Shown here in pieces: positions 17,027-26,903 of a stretch of 64,000 nt of DNA. A program made the position numbers and the translations under genes. The DNA is taken from contig CAYXUD010000008.1 in the NCBI GenBank assembly GCA_964467775.1, positions 20,951 to 84,950 on the forward strand, given 5' to 3'. The stretch is from an uncultured Bacteroides sp. Its GTDB lineage: Bacteria > Bacteroidota > Bacteroidia > Bacteroidales > GCA-2748055. Positions within the stretch are counted from its first letter, which is position 1. The number at the start of each line of letters is the position of its first letter. The notes under the pieces are model-generated. The model saw only the letters and a program-made list of their open reading frames with translations, ran no database searches and was not told where the DNA came from.

Positions 17027-18814
17027 ATGACCAGGGAGCAGCTACGGGAAGCCTATTCCTCACGAATCACACAATTCCGAAATGCGATCCGCCGCCACTC
17101 CGGGCGTATGAATTACTACTCGGCGGCCCGTCTTTTCGCCCTTGCGGCCACGGTCTGTTGCATCATCCCCGGAGTGAAAAATGAGAATGCACTTCTTTAC
17201 GGGCTGTCCGGACTTGCCGCCGTCGCTTTCCTCCTCCTGGTAAGCCTTTTCAACAGGCAGAAGGAGATGCGGGAGCTCAACAGGCAGCTCAGGAAGCTGA
17301 ACGAGAAGGAGCTCTCCTGCCTGGACCACCGGTTCCATGACCTTCCCGGAGGGCAGGAATATGCGGATCCCTCCCACCCCTGGTCACACGACCTCGACCT
17401 GTTTGGAAAAGGATCCCTCTTCCAGTACCTGAACCGGACCTCCACGCGGGAAGGAGGTGCAACCCTGGCGGGGATGCTGACCACGGAACCCGAAAATCCG
17501 GGGGTGGTCCGCCAAAGGCAGGAGATCCTCGGGGAGATGAGGGGGAGGATTGATTTCCGCCAGTACTTTACCGCCAGCGGGGCCATGATCAATGAGAAGG
17601 AGGATGACCTTCCGGGCATCCGCGCGTGGCTGACCGCTTCCTCCTACATCCTGCGGCACAGGTGGCTCTTTTACCTGGCACTGGTGATCAGCGCAATCAC
17701 ACTGGCCATCATGTTTTACGGGATCCTGGAACCCGGCGGGTTCCGGTACCTGCTTCCCCTGGTCCTGTTCAACTTCACCATCCTTTCACCCTTTGTGCTT
17801 CGCACCAACCGCTACCAGCAGACCATATCGAAGAAACACGAACTGCTCGAGGGCTATGCGCGGCTGCTCAGGATCCTGGCGGCCACCGGTTTTGATCACC
17901 CCGTGCTCCGGGAGAAGGGAGAGAGGGCCAGGGAGGGGATGAGGGAGGTGGCAAAGCTTTCCAGGCTGCTTAATATCTTTGACCAGCGGCTGAATATGCT
18001 GCTGGGTGTGGTATTCAACGGGCTGTTCCTGTTCGATTTTACCATGCTCCACCTGCTTGAGAGGTGGAAAAGGAGGAACAGGGATGAGATCAATGAATGG
18101 ATCGGGATCACCGGCTGGACCGATGCCATGGTCAGCCTCTCCGGGTTTGCTTACAACCACCCCGGGTTTGCCCTGCCCGAACTTGACGGGTCACATGATG
18201 CCCTGGAGATGAAGGGCATGGGCCACCCGCTGATCCCCCATGAGAAAAGGGTGGTGAATGACCTGGTGATCCGCAGTGAAAAAGTGGTGATCATCACCGG
18301 GGCGAACATGGCCGGGAAATCCACCTTTCTCCGTTCCCTGGGTATCAATACCGTCCTGGCTTACACCGGCTGTCCCGTGTGCGCCACCCGTTTCAGATCG
18401 GGGTTCACGGGGCTCTGTTCAAGCATGCGGACGGACGACTCCCTGGCTGACGGGGAATCCTACTTCCTGGCCGAGATCAGGAAACTGCAGCGGATCGTGC
18501 AGCGGATGGAGACCGGCACCCCGCTGCTGATCCTGCTGGATGAGGTGCTGAAGGGCACCAACACGGCTGACAAAAAACTGGGATCGGCGGGATTGATCAG
18601 GCGGTCGCTCCCCTTCCCGGTACGATGCTTTATCGCCACCCATGACCTCTCCCTGGGAGAGCTGGAGAAGGAGCTTCCCGGCCAGGTGGCGAACTACTCT
18701 TTCGAGAGCTACATCAGGGAACTGGATCTGGAATTTGATTATACCATCCGGAAAGGGATCGCCACCAATATGAATGCATCCTTCCTGATGAGGCAGATGG
18801 GGATCATGGAGTGA
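17027..18814 (+). CDS. MutS-family ATPase (domain III/V only) with predicted transmembrane helices
   Basis: Track ORF trimmed to the ATG after the terminator (MTREQLREAY...). Walker A GANMAGKSTFLRSLG and Walker B LILLDEVLKGTN. Hydrophobic helices at about aa 35-75 and 215-265. No mismatch-binding N-terminal domain or Smr domain visible. Confidence 0.75.
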   Translation: MTREQLREAYSSRITQFRNAIRRHSGRMNYYSAARLFALAATVCCIIPGVKNENALLYGLSGLAAVAFLLLVSLFNRQKEMRELNRQLRKLNEKELSCLDHRFHDLPGGQEYADPSHPWSHDLDLFGKGSLFQYLNRTSTREGGATLAGMLTTEPENPGVVRQRQEILGEMRGRIDFRQYFTASGAMINEKEDDLPGIRAWLTASSYILRHRWLFYLALVISAITLAIMFYGILEPGGFRYLLPLVLFNFTILSPFVLRTNRYQQTISKKHELLEGYARLLRILAATGFDHPVLREKGERAREGMREVAKLSRLLNIFDQRLNMLLGVVFNGLFLFDFTMLHLLERWKRRNRDEINEWIGITGWTDAMVSLSGFAYNHPGFALPELDGSHDALEMKGMGHPLIPHEKRVVNDLVIRSEKVVIITGANMAGKSTFLRSLGINTVLAYTGCPVCATRFRSGFTGLCSSMRTDDSLADGESYFLAEIRKLQRIVQRMETGTPLLILLDEVLKGTNTADKKLGSAGLIRRSLPFPVRCFIATHDLSLGELEKELPGQVANYSFESYIRELDLEFDYTIRKGIATNMNASFLMRQMGIME

Positions 18815-18900
18815 TGAAGGATGCAGGGGCAGATAGTTCCACCCTGGGGACAGTGGTGGGCATCGAAGGACCGTTTTAAAAGACTAAATACCCACGCCTG

Positions 18901-20460
18901 ATGGAGAGACTCGTCAAATGGATCCGGAACTGGTGGATCATCCTGGCTTTTACAGTGGCCAAGCTGGTGGCACACCTGGTGACAGCCACCCATTATGGAC
19001 TGCAGAGGGACGCTTACCTCTACCTGGCCCAGTCCAGCCACCTTGACTGGGGATACTTCAGCACCCCTCCCCTGACGGCCTTCATCACGCGTCTGCACAC
19101 CCTGATCTGGGGGGATTCCCTGCTGGCTGTCCGGCTGCTGCCGGCCCTGGCCGGGACAGCCTCCCTCTTCATCGTGGGATGGCTGATCCGGCAGCTGAAA
19201 GGGGGCGTGACGGCCCAGGTCATCGGGCTCAGCGCCTATCTTCTCTCGCCCGCATTCCTGAGGCCCGCCCTCCTCCTCCAGCCGGTCATCTTCAACCACC
19301 TGTTCTGGCTGCTGGCCGTTGTGGCGGTCTTCCAGATGATACGCAAGCAGGATCCAAAGCTGCTCCTCTGGATGATCCCCGTGCTGGGCCTTGGCTGGAT
19401 GAACAAATACTCCATTCTCTTTTACGGATCGGCCCTCCTGGCGGCCATGATCATCAGCCGGCACAGGAGGCTGCTCTGGACATGGTACCTTCCCGTCACC
19501 GTGGCAGGGGGCCTGCTGGTGATCCTGCCCAACCTGCTCTGGCAGTACCGGCATCACTGGCCCGTTATCTCCCACATGGCAGAGCTGCAGCAGACACAGC
19601 TGGGCAATGTGCTGTTGAAGGATTTCCTCTCTGCACAGCTCTTCATGCACCTGCCCGCCCTGCCGGTCTGGCTCGGTGGGCTGGTCTGGCTGGTGTTCAA
19701 CAGGAAGCACCGTGACTTCAGGGTCTTCGCCTGGGCGTTCGGGCTCACCCTGCTGATGATCATCCTGCTCAGGGGCAAATTTTACTATACCATTGCGGCC
19801 TATACCGTGCTGGTGGTCTTCGGGGCCCTGGCATGGGAAGAGTGGTCGGCCCGGCCGCGGCGTTTCCTGGCCTGCATGGTGCTGGCCCTGATGATGCTCT
19901 CCGGGATCTTTTTACTGCCCTTCAGCCTGCCCGTCTATAAACCTGACCGGATGGCGGAATATGACCGGAAACAGCTGGAGCGGGGATTCGATGTACCGCT
20001 GAAGTGGGAGGACGGCAGGGTCCATGACTTGCCGCAGGATTATGCCGATATGGTGGGCTGGGATGAACTGGGCGAAATGGTGTGGAGCTTCTTTGCACAG
20101 CTCCCCGATTCAGTTCAACGGGAAACCCTGGTCTACGGAGAGTCATACGGCCATGCAGGAGCAGCGGACTACTTCCGGCCCGGCCCATCCTGCCCGGAGG
20201 TTTACAGCTTCAACGATGCATTCATGGAGTGGATCCCGCGCTACCCCGGGATGGAGTATATGATCTATATCGGTTATTCTGACCGTCTGCCCCTCTACTT
20301 TGAGAAGCTGGAACGGGTGGGAACCATTGATAACCCCTATTTCAGGGAAGATGGCCTGCCGGTCCATTTCGGCAGTCACCCCACGCAGAAGCTCTATGAT
20401 GACTGGGAGGAGACCTGGCAGGACACCAGGGGCCGGTTTAGCCGGGACCGGGTGGAGTAA
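18901..20460 (+). CDS. glycosyltransferase family 39 (ArnT/PMT-like) membrane protein
   Basis: 519 aa, polytopic. The N-terminal block (GLQRDAYLYLAQSSHLDWGYFSTPPL) is typical of ArnT-like lipid-linked sugar transferases. Confidence 0.7.
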   Translation: MERLVKWIRNWWIILAFTVAKLVAHLVTATHYGLQRDAYLYLAQSSHLDWGYFSTPPLTAFITRLHTLIWGDSLLAVRLLPALAGTASLFIVGWLIRQLKGGVTAQVIGLSAYLLSPAFLRPALLLQPVIFNHLFWLLAVVAVFQMIRKQDPKLLLWMIPVLGLGWMNKYSILFYGSALLAAMIISRHRRLLWTWYLPVTVAGGLLVILPNLLWQYRHHWPVISHMAELQQTQLGNVLLKDFLSAQLFMHLPALPVWLGGLVWLVFNRKHRDFRVFAWAFGLTLLMIILLRGKFYYTIAAYTVLVVFGALAWEEWSARPRRFLACMVLALMMLSGIFLLPFSLPVYKPDRMAEYDRKQLERGFDVPLKWEDGRVHDLPQDYADMVGWDELGEMVWSFFAQLPDSVQRETLVYGESYGHAGAADYFRPGPSCPEVYSFNDAFMEWIPRYPGMEYMIYIGYSDRLPLYFEKLERVGTIDNPYFREDGLPVHFGSHPTQKLYDDWEETWQDTRGRFSRDRVE

Positions 20461-21865
20461 TATTCCCCGGACCGGGGGCCACTTTCCTCAGCGCCTTCTG
20501 GAACTGCCTGAAATTAACCGGCCTGGCTAGGATGGTCCTGTTCCGGTCCAGCAGGAAGAGGGCGGGGGTGGCATAGACGTTGTAATCCCCGGCCACCTTG
20601 CCATACCAGCCCAGGGGATCATGGGCAGTGATCCACTGCATATCCGCCTCCCCGGCAAACCTCCTGAAATCCGTTTCCAGCGTATCCACGGAGATGGCGA
20701 CCACCTCCAGGCCCGGGTCATTCTCCTTCAGGTACCACTCGTGCAGTTCGGGGATCAGCTCGCGGCAGTGTTCGCAGGTGCTGGCCCAGAAGATCACCAG
20801 CACAAGGGGATTGGGGAGGTCTGATAGTTTCCGGTTCATGCCATGCAGATCCCTGACCACAAAATCGGGTGCAGTCGAACCCACCGCCATCTTCCGGGCC
20901 CCTTCCATCCTGGAACGGACCAGCTCCGCGATATCCGACCCGCACGATTCATCCAGGTAATTTTCCGCCAGGTGCATCTGCACCTGCTCCATCCCGAGCA
21001 GCTCAAATCCGTCAAGCATGAACTCCACCACAAAAGAGCTGAGCTCAGGGTCGGGGGCCACGCTGGCCATGATCTGGTCAACCGCCCCGATGAACTGCAT
21101 CTCCTGTTCTGTGAAGGAGAGGGTATCCACCTTGTAAAGCGAAAGGTAATCCACCAGCCTGTAGGTATAGACAGGTGCATAGAGGAGGGACGGATCATCA
21201 ATGGCAGCCTCCTTGAAGAAGATCTTCTTCAATGTGTCGATCCGCTGCGTGTGCGACATGGACCCCGGGACCACCGGGACGCGAAAGGCATTCATGATCC
21301 TGGTGGCATAGAGACCGGGGTAGACGGCTGAAAGTGAATCCATGAACCGGTTACGGCCCTCCTGCAGCGCCTCGTACCGGCTCACGGCTGACCGGTATTC
21401 CGGATCGTGCGGCCTGGCGGGAAAGAGTTTCCCGTACACGTTCATCAGCTTTGTTTCATAGTCCAGCTCAAATGTCATGAATTCAAAATAGACCTGGTTC
21501 TCCGTGGAATGATCAAAATGGGGAACAGGCCCGGTCTCCCCGCTGGTCACATTGAAGCTGAGATCCTCCCGGTTGTAAATGAACTCCACAAAACGGTTCT
21601 CGGTCCTGATCTCCCCGTATACCTCGGGGTAGACCAGCCGGTAGACTCCTGCCGGCCTCTCCCCGGAAAGAATGAAATGAAAGCTCCCCGCGCCGGTTTC
21701 CATGCTGTCGGTGACCACGAAGCGGTCGCGGTAATAGGAAGCCAGGTAGATCATTCCCCGGTCCGCATGCTGGATGTTCCCCCGGATCACACAGGGCTGT
21801 CCGCAGAGGGTGCCTGTGACGGCAAGGATCAGGCTGATAAGCGGTATAGATCTCCTCAAAAGCAT
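20438..21865 (-). CDS. TlpA-family thiol:disulfide oxidoreductase with long N-terminal extension
   Basis: 475 aa with a signal peptide. C-terminal thioredoxin fold with CxxC (FWASTCEHCRE). Its 3' end overlaps the convergent GT39 gene by 23 nt. Confidence 0.8.
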   Translation of the reverse strand: MLLRRSIPLISLILAVTGTLCGQPCVIRGNIQHADRGMIYLASYYRDRFVVTDSMETGAGSFHFILSGERPAGVYRLVYPEVYGEIRTENRFVEFIYNREDLSFNVTSGETGPVPHFDHSTENQVYFEFMTFELDYETKLMNVYGKLFPARPHDPEYRSAVSRYEALQEGRNRFMDSLSAVYPGLYATRIMNAFRVPVVPGSMSHTQRIDTLKKIFFKEAAIDDPSLLYAPVYTYRLVDYLSLYKVDTLSFTEQEMQFIGAVDQIMASVAPDPELSSFVVEFMLDGFELLGMEQVQMHLAENYLDESCGSDIAELVRSRMEGARKMAVGSTAPDFVVRDLHGMNRKLSDLPNPLVLVIFWASTCEHCRELIPELHEWYLKENDPGLEVVAISVDTLETDFRRFAGEADMQWITAHDPLGWYGKVAGDYNVYATPALFLLDRNRTILARPVNFRQFQKALRKVAPGPGNITPPGPG

Positions 21866-22057
21866 AAGCGGTAAATGGTCCTCCCGGCATGTGAATTTAG
21901 CAAATCATCCGGGAATAGCCCATCCCGTCACTCTCTCTTGCCGGAAAAATGAAGGCTGGACAGCATTCGCTCGATTGCCGAAACTTCGGTACAGGGTATT
22001 CAAGCTTCACAACATTTCTTAATTTTACGGAAAGAAAGATATCCACATCCACCATCC

Positions 22058-23437
22058 GTGACAACCGATCCGCACATAGCACCTTCGGATTTCGAAAAGA
22101 TGCTGGTCCCGTTCTGGGAGCTGGCGGCTGAAAAGGCGAGGATGCTCGAGACCGGCTATGACCCGCGGCAGGGATCCCCCGTCTTTACGGTGAAAGGAAG
22201 ATACACCACGCGGGGGTGGACCGATTGGACGCAGGGTTTCCAGTACGGCATCCCCCTGCTGGTTTTCAGTGCCACGGGGGAGAGTGAAATGCTGGCGATC
22301 GGGAAGAGGAACACACTGGACAGGATGTCGCACCACCTGACCCACTTCGGGGTCCACGACCACGGGTTCAGCAACCTGAGCACCTACGGGAACCTGCTCA
22401 GGTGTGCGCTGACGGGACTCTTTGAGGCCTCGCCGGAAGAGACAGAGCTGTACAGACTGGCTGTCATGACCAGCGGGGCGGTGCAGGCCAGGCGCTGGAC
22501 CGGGGCCATGGGAGGCGGGTACATCCATTCATTCAACGGACCTCACTCCCTCTTCATCGACACCATGCGCACCCTGCGCATCCTCGTGGCAGCCCACCTG
22601 CTTGGCCACAGGATGCTGGAGGAGAACGGCAGGGAGGTGGACCTCCTGGAACGGGCCGTTGTTCACGGGTTGACCACTGCCAGGGTCGCGGTCTATTATG
22701 GTGACGGGCGCGACAGCTACGATGTGAGGGGGCGCGTGGCCCACGAATCGATCTTCAATACCGCGGACGGGAGCTACCGGTGTCCCGGTTCCCAGCAGGG
22801 GTATTCCGGATTTACCACCTGGACCAGGGGGCTGGCCTGGGCCATGCTGGGCTTTGCCGAGTTCCTGGAGTTCCTGGGCTCCCCCGCGCCGGCAACTGCA
22901 GGCCCGGATCCCCGGTTTCCCGGCACTGAGCCTGTTACAGAGGTTTTTCTGAAGGCGGCGAAAGCCACCTGCGATTATTACATGGAGCAGAGTGCCGCCG
23001 ACGGCATCCCTTACTGGGATACGGGTGCCCCCCTGCTGCACCGACTGGGCAACTACCGGGAGGAGCCGGCAGATCCCTTTAATGATTGCGAGCCGGTGGA
23101 CAGTTCCGCGGCGGCCATTGGCGCCCAGGGCCTGGTCCGGCTGGGGAAATACCTGGAGCAGAAGGAGCCGGGGGAGGCAGGGCGTTACCTCAGGGCCGGG
23201 CTCACCATCCTCAGGACACTGCTCTCGGACCGGTACCTCTCCAGGGACCCGGATCACCAGGGCATCCTGCTCCATTCGGTCTACCACAGACCCAACGGCT
23301 GGGACCATATCCCGGAGGGGCGGAAGATCCCGTGCGGGGAGTCGGGCATGTGGGGGGATTACCACATGACAGAGCTGTGCTACACGGTCCACCGGCTGAT
23401 CCGGGGAGAACATTACACCTTTTTCGAAGGCTTATAA
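22058..23437 (+). CDS. GH88/GH105-like unsaturated uronyl hydrolase-type (alpha/alpha)6 protein (tentative), no signal peptide
   Basis: 459 aa with a GTG start (alternative ATG at 22100). Blocks GWTDWTQGFQYG and GVHDHGFS resemble the W..GF and HD.GF motifs of GH88-type hydrolases. Confidence 0.45.
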   Translation: MTTDPHIAPSDFEKMLVPFWELAAEKARMLETGYDPRQGSPVFTVKGRYTTRGWTDWTQGFQYGIPLLVFSATGESEMLAIGKRNTLDRMSHHLTHFGVHDHGFSNLSTYGNLLRCALTGLFEASPEETELYRLAVMTSGAVQARRWTGAMGGGYIHSFNGPHSLFIDTMRTLRILVAAHLLGHRMLEENGREVDLLERAVVHGLTTARVAVYYGDGRDSYDVRGRVAHESIFNTADGSYRCPGSQQGYSGFTTWTRGLAWAMLGFAEFLEFLGSPAPATAGPDPRFPGTEPVTEVFLKAAKATCDYYMEQSAADGIPYWDTGAPLLHRLGNYREEPADPFNDCEPVDSSAAAIGAQGLVRLGKYLEQKEPGEAGRYLRAGLTILRTLLSDRYLSRDPDHQGILLHSVYHRPNGWDHIPEGRKIPCGESGMWGDYHMTELCYTVHRLIRGEHYTFFEGL

Positions 23438-23582
23438 AAAACCCAAATACTGCCATGATGAAAAAATTGTTACCCATCAGCCTGTGCCTGGCCCTGCTGG
23501 TAACCTCTGCACGCCGGGCACCCATGTGGTCATGAACGGGGAGCTGCTTGACCTGAGCGGGCAGGAGTGACCTCCACACCAG

Positions 23583-24719
23583 TCAGTACCTGCCGAAGGT
23601 GCGGGCCGTTTCCACCATGGCGAACAGGTTCTCATCGGGTGTATCCCGCCCGCACTGGTCCCCCGTGGAGAGAATAAACCCTCCCCCTTCAGCTGCATCA
23701 GCAATGGCCTGTTTTGCAGCTTCGGTCACCACGTTCACATCCTGGCTGAGCATGACCGCGGTCGTGTGCAGGTTCCCTTTCAGCACGATCTTATCCCCGT
23801 ACAGGCGCTTCAGCTCCGCCAGGTTGCAATCCCCCATGGGCGGGATCTCCAGGGGATCGATCACGGTCAGATCGGTCTCTTCGGCCATCAGCCTGACCAG
23901 TTCGGCCTGGGGACCGCAGGAGTGGAGATGGGTGGGGAAACCGGCCGCGGTGGCCAGGTCGATACCCCGCTTTACAGCCGGGAAAGCGAGCTGTCTGAAG
24001 ATATCCATGCTCTGGAACACCAGTGTCCCCGATCCTCCCACACAGATAAAATCGGGCTTCACCTCCATGGCCATAATGTCCCGAAACCGCCTCTCCACAC
24101 GGTCCACCCTCTCCTGTGCCCACTGTTCATGCATCCCGGGGTGCTCATAATAGTGATAGATGGCCTCCACGCTGGTCAGCGCCCGTGATGAGACAAGCTC
24201 AATGCCCACCATTCCCTGGTCGCCCATCAGCTCTTTGACCCTCCGAAGCCCGGCAGGGCCCCTGTCCGCCTCCCTGACCCCTTCCAGCGGCTCATAATCC
24301 CGGGGTATGGCCGGAAGGTTCAGCGACCCGGGTTTCACACCCTCCGTGGGAGGATCGGCGATATAGTAGACATCAACGGTCTCCTTCCAGACCCATTTTC
24401 CGTTCTCCTTATAAGCGTCCCGGAGGATGATGCGGTCCCTGCCCCTGAACACGATGAACCGCTCCCAGGCAGGCTGGCCCGGATCGTGGTCGGAAGGGTA
24501 CCTGATAGGGAAATAGCCGTCCATCACCGCATCGATGTCAAAATAGCTGGCCGCGTCAATATAAGCCTCCCAGATGGGAGGATCATTGTAGAGATAGAGG
24601 TCCCAGAAGGGCTTGCCGGTCCGGCGGGCCGGGATCATGTTGGAAAAATCGGGTGCCACCGGGACGCAATCGGGGATGCCGCCGCTGAGTACCGTTTGAA
24701 TTCTTTCCCTCGATGTCAC
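23583..24719 (-). CDS. uroporphyrinogen decarboxylase (URO-D) family protein
   Basis: 378 aa. The N-terminus RERIQTVLSGGIPDCVPV and the overall TIM-barrel URO-D/MtaA-like pattern (HSCG, GGFILSTG). Confidence 0.65.
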   Translation of the reverse strand: MTSRERIQTVLSGGIPDCVPVAPDFSNMIPARRTGKPFWDLYLYNDPPIWEAYIDAASYFDIDAVMDGYFPIRYPSDHDPGQPAWERFIVFRGRDRIILRDAYKENGKWVWKETVDVYYIADPPTEGVKPGSLNLPAIPRDYEPLEGVREADRGPAGLRRVKELMGDQGMVGIELVSSRALTSVEAIYHYYEHPGMHEQWAQERVDRVERRFRDIMAMEVKPDFICVGGSGTLVFQSMDIFRQLAFPAVKRGIDLATAAGFPTHLHSCGPQAELVRLMAEETDLTVIDPLEIPPMGDCNLAELKRLYGDKIVLKGNLHTTAVMLSQDVNVVTEAAKQAIADAAEGGGFILSTGDQCGRDTPDENLFAMVETARTFGRY

Positions 24720-24770
24720 CTTATGAATATTTTTGCATCAGGTCTGAATGGTGTAACAGGCCGGGGAGAG

Positions 24771-25247
24771 TTATTCAGGCGGGCTTACCTTATAACCCAA
24801 TCCGGTCACCCAGCCAATGTCACTGAAACTGATCCATTCACCGGTCACCCTGCCCTCTGCATGGAACAAGACACTGAAACCCATGCTTCTGAATGCCCCG
24901 CCATCCCCTTTCCTGTTTCCGGTTATCTCCCAGTCGATCAGGCAGACCGTATCACTTACCTCTGAAAGATCCTTTAAGGTCAGGGAAAAATCTGTGAAGG
25001 GCTCACGTGTAGCTTTGATCTCATTGATTAATGGCTCCACTCCTGTAAGTGGTCCGGAAGAGTTGTATCTGAATTCGAACTCTTCCGTGACAAGCGTATC
25101 CAGGGGGGCAAAGTCACCCGAGTTCCAGACCTCCCCGTATGCATTCACCAGGGCGTCAAGATCATACGAAGGTCCCGGGTTCTCACTGCACCCTGAAAGG
25201 AGGGCCAGCATAACCAGGGAAAATACAAGTTTTCGTGTCATTTTCAC
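24771..25247 (-). CDS. small lipoprotein, SnoaL/NTF2-like fold (tentative)
   Basis: 158 aa with lipobox LLSGC. Length and pattern (WNSGDF..LD.L..EEFEFR) resemble SnoaL-like polyketide-cyclase-fold proteins. Confidence 0.45.
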   Translation of the reverse strand: MKMTRKLVFSLVMLALLSGCSENPGPSYDLDALVNAYGEVWNSGDFAPLDTLVTEEFEFRYNSSGPLTGVEPLINEIKATREPFTDFSLTLKDLSEVSDTVCLIDWEITGNRKGDGGAFRSMGFSVLFHAEGRVTGEWISFSDIGWVTGLGYKVSPPE

Positions 25248-25278
25248 CTAACTATTATTTTGAACCAAGGTAGACATT

Positions 25279-26607
25279 TTATCTATTCCGGAGGTTTCTG
25301 CTGAATTGCGGCCTTTTCCCGTAGGTGAGCCACCTCCAGACCCACTCCAGGGGCCCGAACCGGAAAAACCTGAGCCATAACGGGCTGGCGATCAGCTGGA
25401 AGATCCAGATGGCAAGCACAAGGTAGTAGAGCTCATACCTCTGCCACCGGGCATACTGCCTGAAGATCCCGAAAATGGTGGTGGCGATCACCGTATGCAT
25501 GATGTAGTTGGTCAGCGCCATCCTGCCTGCTGCGGCTACGGACCTTTTCAGGAACCCCAAAAAACCGGTTTTGGTGAAGAGCATCACCACTCCCACATGT
25601 CCCAGGGTGGTGAATATCCTGCCGAGGTCATAGGTCTGCTCGTTTTTGAAATAGGTGACCACGCTGAAATGATCGGCGATATAGGAGGTGGTCTCATGCC
25701 AGTTCACGGGCAGTCCGATCCCGTATCCGGCCAGCACCATGAGCCCGTAAAACTTCCAGGATCTTTCACCATGGAACACCCTCAGCTTGAAGAGCCCCAT
25801 GCCCAGCAGCATCATGCTCAGGACATCCAGGAACCCGTGCCTGAAAAAGTAGGTGGTCTGGATGAACTGGGAGAGCGGGGCCATGGTCTTCACGGCAGAA
25901 AAGTAGCCCGACCGCATCTTCTCGATCACCCGCTCCCTGGTCTCCTCGTCCGGTTTGTATTCAGCCAGTTTCATATCCCAGGCATAGAGATCATCTTCCT
26001 GCTCCGCGGCGAGCTCCCCCCCCTGGCCCACGATCGCCTGTGCCGCTAGCGATCTCTCATAGAGCCGGCTGACCTTCACGGAATCATTGATATTCAGTGC
26101 GGCGATGACCAGGAAGAGGAAGAGGGAGAACCCGATCAGTCTTCCCGGCCTTGCATGCCTGGCAGGGAAAATGAACATCCCCACGATCCCGTAAAAGTAG
26201 AGGATCTCCCCCGGCCAGATGAGGATATATGCATGGATCAGCCCGAACACGATCAGCCAGATGGTCCGCCTGTACCATGCCATGGCCAGCTCAATCCCGG
26301 CCCCTTCGGCCTCCTTTCGGGCCGTAAAGAGGATCACCCCTGCCCCGAACAGCATGGAGAAGATACCCCTCATGGTCCCTTCAATCAGGAAGCTGTTCAT
26401 GAAGAAGACCCTCAGGTTCCATCCTGTATCCCCTCCGTATCCAGAAGGGTCCCAGTAGGCGGGATCCGGCAGCGCCATGCTGACGATGTTCAACAGCAGG
26501 ATTCCCAGCAGAGCCACTCCCCGGAGCAGGTCGATCGAATTGATGCGCTGCTGCTCTTTCACGGGATCCAGCACGGGATCCGGGATGTTTTTCTGGAGGG
26601 CGTTCAT
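25279..26607 (-). CDS. DUF418/DUF1624-type polytopic membrane protein (YeiB-like)
   Basis: 442 aa. The N-terminal block RINSIDLLRGVALLGILLLN, about 10 TM helices, and a C-terminal GPLEWVWR motif. Confidence 0.75.
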   Translation of the reverse strand: MNALQKNIPDPVLDPVKEQQRINSIDLLRGVALLGILLLNIVSMALPDPAYWDPSGYGGDTGWNLRVFFMNSFLIEGTMRGIFSMLFGAGVILFTARKEAEGAGIELAMAWYRRTIWLIVFGLIHAYILIWPGEILYFYGIVGMFIFPARHARPGRLIGFSLFLFLVIAALNINDSVKVSRLYERSLAAQAIVGQGGELAAEQEDDLYAWDMKLAEYKPDEETRERVIEKMRSGYFSAVKTMAPLSQFIQTTYFFRHGFLDVLSMMLLGMGLFKLRVFHGERSWKFYGLMVLAGYGIGLPVNWHETTSYIADHFSVVTYFKNEQTYDLGRIFTTLGHVGVVMLFTKTGFLGFLKRSVAAAGRMALTNYIMHTVIATTIFGIFRQYARWQRYELYYLVLAIWIFQLIASPLWLRFFRFGPLEWVWRWLTYGKRPQFSRNLRNR

Positions 26608-26903
26608 GAAGCGCGGTAGAGGAATCAGCCAATGTGCAGAAAGTCACGCTAAGGTATATTAAATATTCTGGATATCATCCGATTAGCGCAGGTTTTACAT
26701 CGCTTTAACAACGATCCGGTGATATCAGACCGTTGACATGACTCTTCAGTATGATTCTATCATATACTGTTCCCTGATGCACTTTAATGATGATCCCTGG
26801 CGAAAGCCGGGGGTTTTTATTGGGAGACTTTAAAGTCAAAATATGCTGCTTTCTTTCCACAATTATCGTATCTTGTTTTACCAACCCTGAAAACCCGGTA
26901 ATC

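Noticed and set aside
20438-20460. 23-nt 3' overlap of the convergent GT39 and TlpA-like genes, and the 38-nt overlap at 2694-2731.
   Set aside because: Convergent end overlaps are common in compact genomes and nothing further suggests function.
26795-26819. GNRA-loop hairpin CCTGGC-GAAA-GCCGGG plus a T-run, upstream of the AT-rich barrel gene.
   Set aside because: The 6-bp stem includes a G-U pair, and there is no + strand gene upstream to terminate. I keep it only as a minor element of the AT-rich islet.
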